From positions 10,170,001 to 10,234,000 of the forward strand of contig OZ249436.1 of the NCBI GenBank assembly GCA_965235115.1: a DNA stretch of 64,000 bases, written 5' to 3'. Below are positions 61,756 to 64,000 of the stretch, piece by piece (position 1 is the first letter of the stretch; every line of letters begins with the position of its first letter). The translations under genes and the position numbers were made by a program. The notes below the pieces were generated by a model that worked only from the letters and a program-made list of their open reading frames with translations, was not told the DNA's origin and made no database searches. This DNA is from Laetmonice hystrix. Its lineage: Eukaryota.

Positions 61756-63964
61756 ACATTCAAAACATCGAAAGAATCAGGGAAATAAAATCAATCGCCC
61801 CAGCAAAATCATCAACCAACAGTCACCCATCAGCGTGTGAAAATATCAACCTAGTGGCGACTCAAATGTAAGTATCATACATGACCGTTTGCCTGGAGTA
61901 TCATTCTCCTGAGCATTTTTCATAGTTTGTGTGCATGTATATCCGCTTTTTACGAATCCACACCTCACTCCATGATTCGATAGGGTACGATATTCACCAG
62001 TTTAGTATTAATGTTGTCTTTCTTGATGAATTTGTCTTTGTTCAACTGTTTTGATATTGATTCTGCAGCACCTGGCTGCTGTGCATTTTCCAACCACATT
62101 CAGCATAAGGTTGTGGCATTACTGATGCCTTTATGGGTTATATCTTGTTTAAACGTCGTTATTCGTGTTGTGCTTTGTCTGAACTGTCCTATTCACACCC
62201 TGCAGATTTTGCTGCACGAGTCTTCTCGTTTTTGTTTTTTTCTTGTGTTTTTTTTTACTCTGTCACTATCTTTGAATTTCATTTTCGAAATGGACAGTGA
62301 CATTGGCTCCATGTGATGGGAACTAAACACCTTCGCTTTTCCATGTTTCGCCAAAGTATTATCGAAGATCAGTTTTTGAAGTCACTCCTTCATACTTAAC
62401 TAACTTAACTAAACTGAACCTAACTTATACATAACTTCAACAACATGACAACTACAAAGCAAGAAACGTCAAACATAGACAAAAAACATTAGACAATATT
62501 TCAAACAGAGACACAATCAACTTTCAAATAAAACATGTATATAAAAACAATGAAATAATCAACCTCAACCCACTCCATCAACATCCACAGCCCCTAATCT
62601 GCTGCAGTAGGCCTACTTGAAAGCAAACCAACATACCTTGCTCAAGGAATGCAATATTACATGGCGTTTCAAATTCATTCGAACATAAGCAGGATAAACA
62701 TTAACCCCAACAAACATCTTATTCAAACATTAAAGCATTCAAAACATCGGAAACATAAATAGAATCAGGGAAATAAATGAAATCAAATGCACACAAATAC
62801 GTAATCAAACCCCAGTGTGTGAAAATATCAAACCAGCATAAACATGCCTAATACATGTGCGACTCGTATACAAGAACACCGTATCATACATTTGACCGTT
62901 TGCCTCGAGTAGCATTCTCCTGAGCATTGTTCATCGTTTGTGGAACATTCAAAACATCGAAAAAATCAATAGAATCAGGGAAATACATAAAATCAATCGC
63001 CCCACCAAAATCATCAAAACAATCGCCCATCAGCGTGTGAAAATATCAACCTAGTGGCGACTCAAATGTAAGTGTTATAGATGACCGTTTGCCAGGAGTA
63101 TCATTCTCCTGAGCATTTTTTATAGTTTGTGTGCATGTATATCGCTTTTTACGAATCCACACTTAACTCCATGATTCGATAGGGTACCATATTCACCAGT
63201 TTAGTATTAATGTTGTCTTTCTTGATGAATTTGTCTTTGTTCAACTGTTTTGATATTCATTCTGCAGCACCTGGCTGCTGTGCATTATACCAACCACATT
63301 CAGCATAAGGTTGTGGCATGACTGATGCCTTTATAGGTTTATATCTTGTTTAAACGTCGTTATTCGTGTTGTGCTTTGTCTGAACTGTCATATTCACACC
63401 CTGCTCTCTCATTCAGATTTTGCTGCACGAGTCTTCTCGTTTGTTTGTTTTTTCTTGTTTTTTTTCTCGAAATTACTTAACTAAACTGAACCTAACTTAT
63501 ACATAACTTCAACAACATGAAAACTACAAAGCAAGAATCGTCAAACAAAAGACAAAACACATTAGACAATATTTCAAACATAGACACAATCAACTTTCAA
63601 ATAAAACATGTATATAAAAACAATGAAATAATCAACCTCAACCCACTCCATCAACATCCACAGCCCCTAATCTGCTGCAGTAGGCCTACTTGAAAGCAAA
63701 CCAACATACATGTACCTTGCTCAAGGAATGCAATATTACATGGCGTTTCAAATTCATTCGAACATAAGCAGCATAAACATTAACCCCAACAAACATCTTA
63801 TTCAAACATTAAAGCATTCAAAACATCGGAAACATAAATAGAATCGGGGAAATAAATGAAATTAAATGCACACAAATACGTAATCAAACAAGTACACCGT
63901 ATCATACATATGACCGTTTGCCTCGAGTAGCATTCTCCTGAGCATTGTTCATCGTTTGTGGAAC
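61756..63964. repeat. Tandem duplication of about 1.2 kb (61756-62944 and 62945-63964), built from older sub-repeats
   Basis: Both copies start ACATTCAAAACATCGAAA and end CATCGTTTGTGGAAC. The second copy lacks two internal blocks. Confidence 0.9.
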
Positions 63965-64000
63965 TCCAGAGTATGGCTACACCTTTTTTACAAATCCACG

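Noticed and set aside
62060..62130. ECGWKMH resembling the CBP/p300 PHD region
   Set aside because: The similarity covers only a few residues, the other Cys ligands are absent, and it lies in a duplicated, stop-rich region.

Overview
Repeat-rich eukaryotic DNA, probably from an invertebrate animal (inferred from the gene family and transposon content). There are only two convincing intact genes, a same-strand pair of paralogous GPCRs with uninterrupted ORFs (30474-32690, 738 aa; 45614-48235, 873 aa). Both have a signal peptide, a somatomedin-B-like module, two copies of a Cys-rich [Y/F]xNxxCxxC module and a class-B (secretin/Methuselah-like) 7TM domain, with no recognisable GAIN/GPS. The rest is DNA-transposon debris: hAT, Harbinger and Tc1/mariner transposase fossils, and non-autonomous elements with 3-, 4-, 5-, 6-, 8- and 9/10-bp target-site duplications (TSDs), several confirmed by an empty paralogous site in the window. 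It also holds a foldback-type element, many minisatellites and local duplications. The palindromes TAGGCCTA and TACATGTA are strongly over-represented, and internal alignments show them arising at TA sites, as expected of excision footprints. No prokaryotic features, CRISPR arrays, rRNA or tRNA were found. All family assignments were made by eye without database searches.
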